64,000 bases of DNA from a virus (taxonomy: Duplodnaviria; Heunggongvirae; Uroviricota; Caudoviricetes): IMG/VR virus record IMGVR_UViG_3300033148_004507; one strand, written 5' to 3'. The notes under the pieces are model-generated. The model saw only the letters and a program-made list of their open reading frames with translations, ran no database searches and was not told the origin of the DNA. Made by a program: the position numbers and the translations under genes. Shown in pieces: positions 28,046 to 37,299 of this stretch (position 1 is the stretch's first letter; the number at the start of each line of letters is the position of its first letter).

Positions 28046-28085
28046 GGGGCAATTCTCGGAAGGGAGATAAAATGAGAATTGCCCC
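28046..28085 (+). terminator. 12-bp perfect inverted repeat GGGGCAATTCTC-16nt-GAGAATTGCCCC
   Basis: in 147-nt gap between 27960 and 28107; followed by ATTTAGC. Confidence 0.4.
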
Positions 28086-28106
28086 ATTTAGCGGGGGTGA
28101 AGCGGG

Positions 28107-28628
28107 ATGAAAACACTGAAGCGGATTCTATTCATCTCAGACGATTTCCCTGGGGATAGGTGGGAAGATAAAAAAGAGGACTGTGAGCCTGGTGATTACT
28201 TCTTTGGCGGTGGCGATGATGAGGCCAACTGGCTTAGATTTGAGTTCCATCTGATTGAGAGTTTTAAAGAACTCACACCAGAGGGGTTCGATGCGGTCTT
28301 AGTGGATTATGGTCTAGTCAATGATGCTAAGAATATGAAGGTATTAGAGAGGATGTGCAAGGATAATATCCCAATCGCCTGGGTCAGCGGTTTTGATAGT
28401 TGGTGCAATGCAGATGCCAAGGATAACTTCCCAGGATTTCCATTATTGTATAATTTGCCGACATCATGCATCGGAGATGATGACATACTGATACTACTAT
28501 ACGAAATATTCAGAGAAAATAAAGATAAAATAGGAGGAATAAAATATGTTGAAGAACGAAAATGGAATAGTGAGCAGGGAGATGAATGCAATGGCAATGG
28601 GGGGGTCAGGCCATGTTTGATGATATGA
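28107..28628 (+). CDS. hypothetical protein
   Basis: 173 aa. Confidence 0.5.
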   Translation: MKTLKRILFISDDFPGDRWEDKKEDCEPGDYFFGGGDDEANWLRFEFHLIESFKELTPEGFDAVLVDYGLVNDAKNMKVLERMCKDNIPIAWVSGFDSWCNADAKDNFPGFPLLYNLPTSCIGDDDILILLYEIFRENKDKIGGIKYVEERKWNSEQGDECNGNGGVRPCLMI

Positions 28629-29500
28629 GTGGCGAGAACAAGACCATCGTGATGATTGTGGCTTTGGTCGTGGTCGTGGCACTGGTCGTAACGTTCTTTA
28701 GCTCCATGATAGTGAACGTGGGGGCTGGACACAAGGCGATTGTCACAGACGGTTTCGATGTTGGTAGAACGTTTCATGAAGGCTGGAATGTGAAGAACCC
28801 GATGTCTGGAGTAACTAAGGTTCGTTATAACACTCAGGAAGTGACCGAGATTATCTCAGTCAGAGCCGAGGATGGCTATAACGTGGATGTTGACTGGACG
28901 ATTCGGTATCATCTACTTGAGTCCGAGGTATCAACTATACAGATTGAGAACCCTGATTATGTGTCTACTACGATTTCTCCAGAACTAAGGAGTATAGCTC
29001 GTAAGGTGGTATCCGATAATAACTGGACTGGTGAGATGCTAAACAGGGAGAAAACATTCTATGAGGATGCAGTCAGTGATATGCTTACAGATAGGCTACT
29101 TGATTACGGCATAGTGGCCGAGGCTATATTGATACGGAACTTGAATTTCCCTGCGACTGTGAATCAAGCATGGCAAGATAGAGCATCTGCTGAAGTTAGT
29201 GTAGAAACCGCAGAATTCAAGCTTACCGAGGCTGACTTGTTAGCACAGCAGGAGATTGTGATTGCCGAATCGGAGGCGAATGCGACTATCGTACTTGCGA
29301 TTGGTCAGGCAGAAGCACTGAGTATATTGGCTGGAGAAACAGACAGTCTCGACAACGGAACGATGAACTATATATTGAGTTTGAAGTACATCCAGATGTT
29401 GCGTGACCCAGAAACCAATGTCGAGTTCGTACTGGTGACGGATGGCACTACCAATCCATTTATACTGGACTTGCCAGAGTTGGGCGAGGAGGCTCCATAG
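28613..29500 (+). CDS. SPFH/band-7 (stomatin/prohibitin-like) membrane protein
   Basis: N-terminal TM (IVMIVALVVVVALVVTFF) then VNVGAGHKAIVTDGFDVG ... Ala/Glu-rich helical tail; ATG 28613 in-frame in track ORF 28586. Confidence 0.6.
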   Translation: MFDDMSGENKTIVMIVALVVVVALVVTFFSSMIVNVGAGHKAIVTDGFDVGRTFHEGWNVKNPMSGVTKVRYNTQEVTEIISVRAEDGYNVDVDWTIRYHLLESEVSTIQIENPDYVSTTISPELRSIARKVVSDNNWTGEMLNREKTFYEDAVSDMLTDRLLDYGIVAEAILIRNLNFPATVNQAWQDRASAEVSVETAEFKLTEADLLAQQEIVIAESEANATIVLAIGQAEALSILAGETDSLDNGTMNYILSLKYIQMLRDPETNVEFVLVTDGTTNPFILDLPELGEEAP

Positions 29501-29566
29501 GCTGAGCAATGAGAGGGTAGGTTTAAGTTCCTGTCCTCTCTCATTTTATTTCTGTGAGGGATTAAG

Positions 29567-29968
29567 TTGTCAGATAAATTCCATGAATACATGCAAGAGG
29601 GGCTGTGGTTCTATATCGGTGTAATCATAGTGGCAATTTCAGTCTTTGCGAATGCCATGTACGTTCCACATCATTGGCTGAAAACACCTGTGTACTTGAG
29701 TATAATTCTGATTATTCTATGGGTGATTATAATCGGACATTATAACGGTACATACCTTTTTGAGACTGCAAAGAAATGCATCAATGCATTGCTCGGAACG
29801 ATGTTGTTTGGCATTTGGTCTATCTCTGCCATCATTGGCACTGTATATTTTGTGTATGGTGGTGACAAACCGCCTCCAGAGGTGGCGATTATAATATTCA
29901 TTGTGGTAATCGGAATCTTCTTATTTTGTACACAATATATGCAGTACGTTTTTGACGGAGTTGATTGA
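29567..29968 (+). CDS. polytopic membrane protein (TTG start)
   Basis: 4 hydrophobic helices. Confidence 0.5.
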   Translation: MSDKFHEYMQEGLWFYIGVIIVAISVFANAMYVPHHWLKTPVYLSIILIILWVIIIGHYNGTYLFETAKKCINALLGTMLFGIWSISAIIGTVYFVYGGDKPPPEVAIIIFIVVIGIFLFCTQYMQYVFDGVD

Positions 29969-29969
29969 A

Positions 29970-30329
29970 ATGGGTGAGGATGATAAGATTGAGAGGGGCG
30001 AAGTGATTCATCTGGTGCTAACGATTGTAGTTGTGATAGTTATGGCATTGGTTACTTGGGGATTCTTCAATTTCATGGAAGATAGGATGGCAGAGCCAGA
30101 ATATACGGAATATGATTTCGCATTAGGTAATACGACAGTAAAATATAATGGCGAGACTCTGAAAATCAAAATCAGAGACGAAGGCTACTATAAGATTTCA
30201 AAAGTTTATGAGAAAACCAATTCTTCAGAACATTGGTCGGGATGGGATTTAGGGGAAGCTCCACTCGATGAAAGAATAAATGGGGTTAATGTCGTTGAGG
30301 GTTACCAACGAGAAGTTAATTGGTACTAA
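29970..30329 (+). CDS. membrane-anchored protein
   Basis: ATG 29970 right after upstream TGA; TM helix VIHLVLTIVVVIVMALVTWGFF. Confidence 0.5.
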   Translation: MGEDDKIERGEVIHLVLTIVVVIVMALVTWGFFNFMEDRMAEPEYTEYDFALGNTTVKYNGETLKIKIRDEGYYKISKVYEKTNSSEHWSGWDLGEAPLDERINGVNVVEGYQREVNWY

Positions 30330-30348
30330 TTAGCTAAAAACTAATTGG
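30317..30348 (+). promoter_or_regulatory. cluster of palindromic CTAATTAG-family sites (TTAATTGG, CTAATTAG, CTAATTGG)
   Basis: at the transition from + strand array to minus-strand island; same motif family at 35745-35865 and 60656-60735. Confidence 0.45.
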
Positions 30349-30355
30349 TAGATAT

Positions 30356-30775
30356 TTATTTTCCGCCCTTGTTTGTGACGATTCTCTTTTTTATGTATGG
30401 ACAGCCCCTATTGATGATATACAAATCATCTCTTCCCCAATAATCATTTTTACATTGAGTATTATACAAAGGTTTGTGTGTGAAAATCAAAAAATTTTCA
30501 ACATCTCTAATTAATAATTTGGTGATTCTTTGATAATCTGATTTCTCAATATACCCTAACCAGAAAGATAATCCTTGTGTATTCATATCAAAATCTCGTA
30601 GGTTATTTTTAATTTCAGCAACCACATCCATGTGGTAGGCAATACCCATGTAGATTATTCCTCGCCCTCTTTGAAAAGCATAGAAATATGCATCCTCATA
30701 TTCTCTCAATTTACTATATGGTACTTTCACCCAATTAAGTGTCATTCCCTTTTTTGGTTTCACTTTTATTTTCAT
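30356..30775 (-). CDS. hypothetical protein (minus strand)
   Basis: start chosen at MKIKVKPKK preceded (in minus sense) by GGTGAGAGGTGG SD; track ORF extends to 30871. Confidence 0.45.
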   Translation of the reverse strand: MKIKVKPKKGMTLNWVKVPYSKLREYEDAYFYAFQRGRGIIYMGIAYHMDVVAEIKNNLRDFDMNTQGLSFWLGYIEKSDYQRITKLLIRDVENFLIFTHKPLYNTQCKNDYWGRDDLYIINRGCPYIKKRIVTNKGGK

Positions 30776-30921
30776 ATTCCACCTCTCACCGATATATGGA
30801 TGAGAAGCGAAAGGCATTTGGGGAAAGAGAATGGCTTGAATAATTAACAATAATAATTCTCCGCCCCTCACTTCTCAACATATGCATAATTTCGCACAAT
30901 ATAAATGTTTTTGACCATTTA

Positions 30922-31680
30922 TTAAGGCAACTCTTTTCTACAGCTCCCACAGAAATTGTAACCATTTGGATTGGTATCTCCGCAATACGGGCAAAACTTG
31001 TCTATCTTATCGTCTCCAGGTACTAAATTATCATTGTCGTCTATCTTATCATCATCGTACTCTTCCTCTGGTAATCCATATTTTGCAATAAGCTCTGCAC
31101 CAACTGAAACAAGAATTCCACCTATGACACATAGCACCCATCCATATCTTAAGCCTAGTATACTCATTGCTTCGCCAAATGAAATGTCATTAGAAAGAGA
31201 AACAATGTAGAATCCATGTATTAAAACACCTTGGGAAATCAAAGCGATTAAGAATCCTCCAAGATATAGCAATCTACACACATAATATTCTCTTACGGAT
31301 AGAACAATCATGAATAGTATGGCACATAATCCTGCAATCATTGGTAAAAAGTCAAGATACCAGATGTCAAAATAAAGACCAATATTCCATCCAGTAATCC
31401 CACCATAAATTCCATTATAAAATGGCTCAGACATCCCTCTAAAGAATAATATGATTCCAAAGAAGCCAACAGCAGTGCCTATCACAAGAAAAATTGGAGT
31501 TTCTCTATCACCAAAAACTATAGTCTCTTCTTTGACAGACTCATCAGATACAATCATTAAAAACCCAAATATACATAAAAGAAATGATATAGGAAAACTA
31601 ATGTCTACCCACCAGAATAAAAGGCATATTACTGCTAATATAAACATGAATGACCCGATTATACCCAGTTTAATCCTCAT
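30922..31680 (-). CDS. polytopic membrane protein with C-terminal zinc ribbon
   Basis: 6-7 TM helices; C-term FCPYCGDTNPNGYNFCGSCRK; GGTGA SD upstream. Confidence 0.6.
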   Translation of the reverse strand: MRIKLGIIGSFMFILAVICLLFWWVDISFPISFLLCIFGFLMIVSDESVKEETIVFGDRETPIFLVIGTAVGFFGIILFFRGMSEPFYNGIYGGITGWNIGLYFDIWYLDFLPMIAGLCAILFMIVLSVREYYVCRLLYLGGFLIALISQGVLIHGFYIVSLSNDISFGEAMSILGLRYGWVLCVIGGILVSVGAELIAKYGLPEEEYDDDKIDDNDNLVPGDDKIDKFCPYCGDTNPNGYNFCGSCRKELP

Positions 31681-31694
31681 CTCTTCACCGTAAC

Positions 31695-32324
31695 CTAGTC
31701 ATCAAACCTCTTATTTCGTTTATTGACTGCATATAATGGAACTATAATTGCAGGTAATATCGCCATAGTACACACTTCCCCACCAGTATCTTCTCCACCA
31801 GTATCTCCACTAGAACCTCCTCCTGTGTCATCTCCTGTAATAACCACAGTATCATCACCGTTATCCACGACAGAATCCTTGATTATCTGGATAGTGTAGG
31901 TGTATTCCTTAGTGGTTGCAATATCCCATTCAGACCACACACCTTCTTCTGATGCAATTACTTCGATTGTAGCTATATGACTTCCAATATCTACTTGGAA
32001 TTCACTAGGCACAGTTACTTCCCAGGAGAAAGTATAGCTATTCCCTGCTTCTACAATAACACTCGTTTGACTGGATGTATAGCCAGTCATAGCTAAATTC
32101 CAATCAAAAAATAGGTGTACTCTCTCAACCCTCAATGATTCAGAATATGTGTTTGTCAGTACGTATTTAAAAGTATACGCATAATTATTCTTGATACCCT
32201 CTGTTGGCTCTAGTGTTCCAGATACTTCCCATTTATCATATCCCTCAACTGGAATGGCTATTATAATCATTCCTAGGATTATTAGCCAAACTACAATGAA
32301 TCCATATTTTCCCACGATTCTCAC
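31695..32324 (-). CDS. secreted/surface-anchored protein (signal peptide, Gly/Asp/Thr linker, C-terminal TM)
   Basis: N-term FIVVWLIILGMIIIAIPV, DTGGGSSGDTGGEDTGG linker, MAILPAIIVPLYAV + NKRNKR tail; GTG start. Confidence 0.55.
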   Translation of the reverse strand: MRIVGKYGFIVVWLIILGMIIIAIPVEGYDKWEVSGTLEPTEGIKNNYAYTFKYVLTNTYSESLRVERVHLFFDWNLAMTGYTSSQTSVIVEAGNSYTFSWEVTVPSEFQVDIGSHIATIEVIASEEGVWSEWDIATTKEYTYTIQIIKDSVVDNGDDTVVITGDDTGGGSSGDTGGEDTGGEVCTMAILPAIIVPLYAVNKRNKRFDD

Positions 32325-32348
32325 CTAATCGCCTAATGCTGGAAAACT

Positions 32349-32372
32349 ATTTTAAAGTATCCATACGGTACG
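32349..32372 (+). promoter_or_regulatory. promoter-cassette variant GGAAAACTATTTTAAAGTAT in divergent intergenic region
   Basis: resembles GCAAAACTATTTATACT; ~45 nt upstream of GTG/ATG 32415-32420. Confidence 0.4.
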
Positions 32373-32414
32373 CATACCACAGAATACCACATATAGAGAA
32401 AGGACAATCTGGAA

Positions 32415-32606
32415 GTGATGCCAAAGGAATCAAAACGCTATAAATACAAAACAGTAACACTTCCAGAGCCACTCATGGAAGAAATCAAACAATTCATTGA
32501 TGACCATCCCGAACTAGGATATGGTAGTGTTACTGAGTTCATTAAAGAGGCATCTCGTGGTCAAATGAAAGAGTATTATCTTATTATGAAGATGAAGATG
32601 AAGTAG
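32415..32606 (+). CDS. ribbon-helix-helix (CopG/Arc-like) DNA-binding protein
   Basis: KRYKYKTVTLPEPLMEEIKQFIDDHPELGYGSVTEFIKEA = beta-strand + two helices typical of RHH regulators. Confidence 0.55.
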   Translation: MMPKESKRYKYKTVTLPEPLMEEIKQFIDDHPELGYGSVTEFIKEASRGQMKEYYLIMKMKMK

Positions 32607-32655
32607 TTTTGACCACAAAATCGATATATAGTCGTAATCGTTTTAGCAAAGCTAT

Positions 32656-33417
32656 ATGGCTGAAGAAAATGAAGAATGGGAAGAAATGAATAATAAAATA
32701 AAAAGAAAATTAAGTAAAGAAAATGAAGCATTAAGAAGAGAGAATAATAATTTAACTAGAGAGAACATGCAATTGAAAAAAGATAATATTGCTTACAGAG
32801 GGCAGTATAATCTTATTGATGATAGATTTTATGAAATTAATAGTCCAGAGTTGGAAGAATCAGTTATTCATAAAATTTCTGAAGAATTGATAGATGCTTT
32901 AATAAAATGCGATAAATTAGATAATGATGAATATCTATCAAGATATATGCAGATGTATATGGATAAGCCAGATGGGGATTATTATGTGTTCAATTGGGAT
33001 AAGGCAAAGAAACCAGAAAGGTTACATCGGGGAGCTTATAAATTTCTTTTATCACAACTGCCAGAGCAATTACATTTCAAGCAAGAGAGAGAATCTTCAT
33101 TGTCACATTTAGGTAAAGGTGAAAGTCCGAATGAAAGTGACATAATAGGAATTTTAACTTATTTAGATGTAGATATTGCAAAGGGAGAAAGGGGAGCATG
33201 GAATGATTTTTGGATTGATATTATATATGCAAATATAGACAATAAATTAGGATTAAAACAATCTGATATGGTTCAGAAAAGCAAAGATAATTCTCATTCA
33301 TGGGGAAAAGAACCTATTAGGCTCGCTGTAAAAACCTTAAAAGAAAATGGCCTGTTGAAGAAAAAAGGAAGTCGTTATATTATTGATAAAACAAATCTAA
33401 AGATAATCTGTAAATAA
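32656..33417 (+). CDS. hypothetical protein with N-terminal coiled coil
   Basis: 253 aa; KENEALRRENNNLTRENMQLKKDN. Confidence 0.5.
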   Translation: MAEENEEWEEMNNKIKRKLSKENEALRRENNNLTRENMQLKKDNIAYRGQYNLIDDRFYEINSPELEESVIHKISEELIDALIKCDKLDNDEYLSRYMQMYMDKPDGDYYVFNWDKAKKPERLHRGAYKFLLSQLPEQLHFKQERESSLSHLGKGESPNESDIIGILTYLDVDIAKGERGAWNDFWIDIIYANIDNKLGLKQSDMVQKSKDNSHSWGKEPIRLAVKTLKENGLLKKKGSRYIIDKTNLKIICK

Positions 33418-33419
33418 GT

Positions 33420-35200
33420 TGGACTCCTCTTCTGAAGTTGGAAAAAAGTTGTTATTTTGTTGGAAAAAAGTTGTTTTTTACACCATAATTTTGAATTATA
33501 TGGAAATAATCTGTAAATTCACATCCAGTTTAAATGCTATAAGTTTCATAAGATTATATCGCAGTCAAGAAGATTGGTGGCCTCTCGGTGAATGTCGTAT
33601 ACTATATCGAGGCTTCTTGACTGCTCTAAATCATTAAGGTGATTCCTGTAAACGAAGATGATGATGATTATGACAGCAAAACCATAAACGGCAAATGGCT
33701 ACGAAAATGTTATGCTTTACCTATTCAAACTCAACGAAAGTTGACAGATTACCAGAATGACTTAAATAATGTCAATCTGCATAGAATTAAAGTGAGGCCA
33801 GATTATTTGCGTAACCTGACCTCTGGAGCTGATAAGATGTGTTCAACAAAGTTATCAACCCCGAAGAAAGCTATGGATGAAGAGACAAATAAAAGTTTCC
33901 ATACGTTAGTCTATATGAATCCAACAGGCTTCGCTGAGGGGGAAAGTGAGCCAGGTATAAGAATGACAGTTGTAGGGAGTGAATACCCTACCTTTTATCA
34001 AAGTTTTTGGACTGAGCCAGACTTTAGTAACCCGACCAATGACAATCCGATGAGAGCATCCGAATTCTTGAGTAAACTGAATTTGGATAACGTATTAGAT
34101 GCCATTGGTCAGAAATATGGAAATAAAAAATGGCATTTCAGGTATCCTCCTGAAGCCATGATTAAGGCTTTGGTGTTCAAGTACATCAAAGGTTTGAGGC
34201 ACGATACACGCCTAGTAAGATACTTAAAAGCCCATCCCGAAGAGGCGAAATTACTAGGATTCATTGAAGTAAAAGGTGAATTGAAAATACCGAGCCAACA
34301 GACATTCAATCATTTTGTCTTGGCGAGGTTGAGGAATGAAGGATTATATGACATATTTGATAGCCTTGTATTAGAACTCAAGGATAAGATGAGTATGCTC
34401 GGTCTGCAACTGGGTAAAACTGTGTCTGTTGATTCAACGCCTTTATCGAGTATGAAGAATGACAAAGATGCTAAATACAATCCGCATTATGACATTAAAG
34501 GATATAAAGTACATAATGTGATAGATGCAGATTTCTTCCTTCCACTTGCCTTAAATTTCACTACTGCGATAGATGGGGATTCGCCACAGTATCTCCCATT
34601 GTTAGACAGATTACACACGATGGGATTTGATTTTGGGACGATTCTTGCAGATGGAGCTTATGCTTCTCTTGAACATTTTGCAATTGTACATCGGTATTAC
34701 AGAGCCAAAGCCATTTTCAAATTGAAGAAAAATAATCGTATAAGAAAAGAAGGAACATTGAAAGGAATTAAGAAGAGATATGAATCATTATGGAAAAAAG
34801 ATGGATACAAGCCAGATGCAGGAATAGATTACATGCTAGCATTCCTTTATTTTCAAGGTGATATTAAAGCGGTTGGAAGCTATTATCATAACAAGCATTT
34901 TGTGGACTGGACAAATAATTACGATGAGAAAAAGAAGGAATTTAATCAAAGGGCAGGAATAGAGGCGTTTCATGGGCATTTAAAGTATCAGATGAACCTT
35001 GAGATATTTCTTGATAAGAAAGGCATTAGAAACGCTGAAATGCACGTTCAATTGACGTATATCTCATTACTGTGCGTGGCTCTGTGCAGAGTTCAGCATG
35101 GAGTTACTGAGGGTCTTGTGAATGTGAAGTGTCTTGTTTAGGCACTTCTTCTTTATTTTTTTAAAAAATGCAAAGATTAAAGAATAGATTAAGTATTTCC
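33420..35200 (+). mobile_element. IS4/IS5-superfamily insertion sequence (boundaries approximate, terminal IRs not confidently identified)
   Basis: single DDE transposase ORF; upstream tandem TTGGAAAAAAGTTGTT x2 at 33447-33485. Confidence 0.5.
33639..35141 (+). CDS. DDE transposase, IS4/IS5 superfamily
   Basis: N-term FRYPPEAMIKALVFKYIKGL; catalytic VSVDSTP (D), ILADGAYAS (D), NQRAGIEAFHGHLK (R-x3-E-x6-K). Confidence 0.8.
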   Translation: MIPVNEDDDDYDSKTINGKWLRKCYALPIQTQRKLTDYQNDLNNVNLHRIKVRPDYLRNLTSGADKMCSTKLSTPKKAMDEETNKSFHTLVYMNPTGFAEGESEPGIRMTVVGSEYPTFYQSFWTEPDFSNPTNDNPMRASEFLSKLNLDNVLDAIGQKYGNKKWHFRYPPEAMIKALVFKYIKGLRHDTRLVRYLKAHPEEAKLLGFIEVKGELKIPSQQTFNHFVLARLRNEGLYDIFDSLVLELKDKMSMLGLQLGKTVSVDSTPLSSMKNDKDAKYNPHYDIKGYKVHNVIDADFFLPLALNFTTAIDGDSPQYLPLLDRLHTMGFDFGTILADGAYASLEHFAIVHRYYRAKAIFKLKKNNRIRKEGTLKGIKKRYESLWKKDGYKPDAGIDYMLAFLYFQGDIKAVGSYYHNKHFVDWTNNYDEKKKEFNQRAGIEAFHGHLKYQMNLEIFLDKKGIRNAEMHVQLTYISLLCVALCRVQHGVTEGLVNVKCLV

Positions 35201-35208
35201 TAATTTCT

Positions 35209-35724
35209 ATGTGCGAAAGAAAGAAAAGGCAATTATTAAATTTAATAGAAGTTCTTCTCGAAGATATTGAGAAAAATAAAGATGAATGGAACTTACCTAC
35301 CGATGATTCAGATACGCGTGAAGTGGAAGCATGGAATAGTGTACTCGCAATCCAAACAAAACAGCTTAATGATATTGTGAATAACGTTAGAAAGATGTAT
35401 GAAAATGATGAAACTTATGAATTATTAGGAGGGGTCAGGGTGCAGGAGATGATGTCATTTACACAACTATATCTCCCTGCACGAAAACTCTATGCTTTTG
35501 TGAAACATGATATTGAATATGAAGAAAACATTGAATTAAAATGGTTAAAAAATAGATATGAAGAATTAGGCATGTGGCAGAAGAAATTAGAGAAAGACAT
35601 CAAAGGTGTGCCAAATCGAGAAGAATGGGATGATTTTACACAGATGATGGAAGCCACCCTTGAGAATATCCAGACAAAAATTAATGAATTGGAAGAACTA
35701 TCTAAGAGAGGACTTGATTTGTAG
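35209..35724 (+). CDS. hypothetical coiled-coil protein
   Basis: 171 aa, helical/acidic. Confidence 0.45.
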   Translation: MCERKKRQLLNLIEVLLEDIEKNKDEWNLPTDDSDTREVEAWNSVLAIQTKQLNDIVNNVRKMYENDETYELLGGVRVQEMMSFTQLYLPARKLYAFVKHDIEYEENIELKWLKNRYEELGMWQKKLEKDIKGVPNREEWDDFTQMMEATLENIQTKINELEELSKRGLDL

Positions 35725-35744
35725 TGTAATTGAAGGTTACTAAT

Positions 35745-35865
35745 TAGCACTGAAATTTCAAGACAAATTCATAAGTTTTATATAGGTTACTAATTAGAGT
35801 CAAATCTATATTGAAATTGATACCTTTTTATAGGCTACTAATTAAAATCTACTAATTGGTAACCC
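35745..35865 (+). promoter_or_regulatory. four CTAATTAG-family sites (GGTTACTAATTAG x2, GGCTACTAATTAA, CTACTAATTGGTAACC) with TTTTATATA boxes
   Basis: CTAATTAG is itself an 8-bp palindrome; sites at 35750, 35790, 35838, 35852; upstream of phosphatase gene. Confidence 0.5.
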
Positions 35866-35958
35866 TCGTCGTTGATGACTATATTGGAAGGTCAATGATA
35901 TATCTAAGATTAGATAGGGTTGACACAGGGGAAGTTGAGTATGTGAGGGTGAATTAAT

Positions 35959-36345
35959 ATGGCAGATGAAATAATACACAATCTCTGGCTAGGAGATTTG
36001 GATGATGCCAACGAGGTTTGCAGGGCCGAGTATGACCATGTAATCAACGTGCTTGGAATCATAGAGCCAGATGACGAGACAGGAAAGGTGGATGTGGATG
36101 TTGTAAATGCAATATCATTCTTAATAAAGAAGATGCTGGACGTGGACAAGAGAATACTTGTGCATTGCGGTGCTGGCATGGAGAGAAGCCCATTGGCTGT
36201 TGCCTGGTATCTCTGGAAGCATGAGGATTTTAAGAGCCTGGACGATGCGTACAGGTTCATAAAATCCAAGAGGCAGTTAATTATGCATTGTGGTCATTGG
36301 GTATCGTGGGGGGATGTGCATGGCAAAATGTTGTCCGAACTGTAA
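35959..36345 (+). CDS. dual-specificity protein phosphatase
   Basis: VHCGAGMERSPLAVAWYL = HCx5R(S) P-loop; N-term NLWLGDL like DUSP. Confidence 0.8.
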   Translation: MADEIIHNLWLGDLDDANEVCRAEYDHVINVLGIIEPDDETGKVDVDVVNAISFLIKKMLDVDKRILVHCGAGMERSPLAVAWYLWKHEDFKSLDDAYRFIKSKRQLIMHCGHWVSWGDVHGKMLSEL

Positions 36346-36583
36346 GGTGTGCTTGACATCTGCTGACGAACCATTTGATGAGAAATGCCCGTATTGCGGT
36401 GGCGATTTAGATGGGTAAGGGCAGGCGTAACGGTAGCCGACACTTGCCAGACATGATGGGCTGTCGTACCAGGGGTCACAGGCCACAGTTGTATTGTGCA
36501 GATTGCGGTGAGAAGGTTGGGTATGATGATAAGCCTTGTTCAGTGTGTCATTCGTCCAGGGTGAAGTGGTGAGATTTAGTTTT

Positions 36584-36634
36584 GATAGCAAAACCATTAT
36601 ATACTGTTGGAGCATACTAAGTGACGGTGATAAC
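36584..36634 (+). promoter_or_regulatory. promoter/RBS cassette copy
   Basis: GATAGCAAAACCATTATATACT...GTGACGGTGATAACATG; 60 nt from ATACTAAGTGACGG through GGAGCAGGC identical to 42045 copy. Confidence 0.6.
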
Positions 36635-36856
36635 ATGACAGGCGACAAGGATTCAACTGGAAATGGAGCAGGCAAGGCGAAGGCAATAAACCATGAAACA
36701 CAGAGAAAGGGCGACCCGAAATTCAAAGTATCTTTTTATGTACATGATGCAGGTGAGGACATGTTGAGAGAATGGATTGCTTCACTACTTGATAAAGAAT
36801 CATCTTTTAGACCAGGGGATACGATGGACAGAATAGAGATAGAAGAGGTGGTCTAA
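36635..36856 (+). CDS. hypothetical protein MTGDKDSTGNGAG..., ends EEVV
   Basis: ATG 36635 at cassette end (track ORF 36536 is an upstream extension). Confidence 0.55.
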   Translation: MTGDKDSTGNGAGKAKAINHETQRKGDPKFKVSFYVHDAGEDMLREWIASLLDKESSFRPGDTMDRIEIEEVV

Positions 36857-37299
36857 TGAGTCCTGAGAAATCAACCGAGAGACTGAACCCGCAACTCGCA
36901 GTCTGCCCACACTGCGAAGCAGAGACATCTGATGAGGTCATTGCGATGTACGAGGGGGTAATAGATGGGATGCCCGTCCAGACGAGGGTTGTTGCAGTTA
37001 TCTGTCCGTTCTGCGGTTACTTGGACAGTTGGGCCGAGACTCCAGAGGACGTGGGATTCAAGACGAAGTATGATGGCTACAGGCCAAACCCTGTGAAGTT
37101 CGTAAACCCAATCCCTCCAGGCAAAGGTAGCCTGAAGTATTACAAGTATTGGGTGATTGGCTTGAGGCCGTTCACCACTAAGAAACAGGTTCTACAGGCA
37201 TTAGAGCTTGAGCAGGTTGTTTACAGGAAGGACAAGCTCCTGAACACAACAGAATCATTCAATTTCAAGACAAACAGGTTCGAGGAGGTGGATGCATGA
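36856..37299 (+). CDS. zinc-ribbon protein
   Basis: CPHCEAE ... CPFCGY. Confidence 0.55.
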   Translation: MSPEKSTERLNPQLAVCPHCEAETSDEVIAMYEGVIDGMPVQTRVVAVICPFCGYLDSWAETPEDVGFKTKYDGYRPNPVKFVNPIPPGKGSLKYYKYWVIGLRPFTTKKQVLQALELEQVVYRKDKLLNTTESFNFKTNRFEEVDA

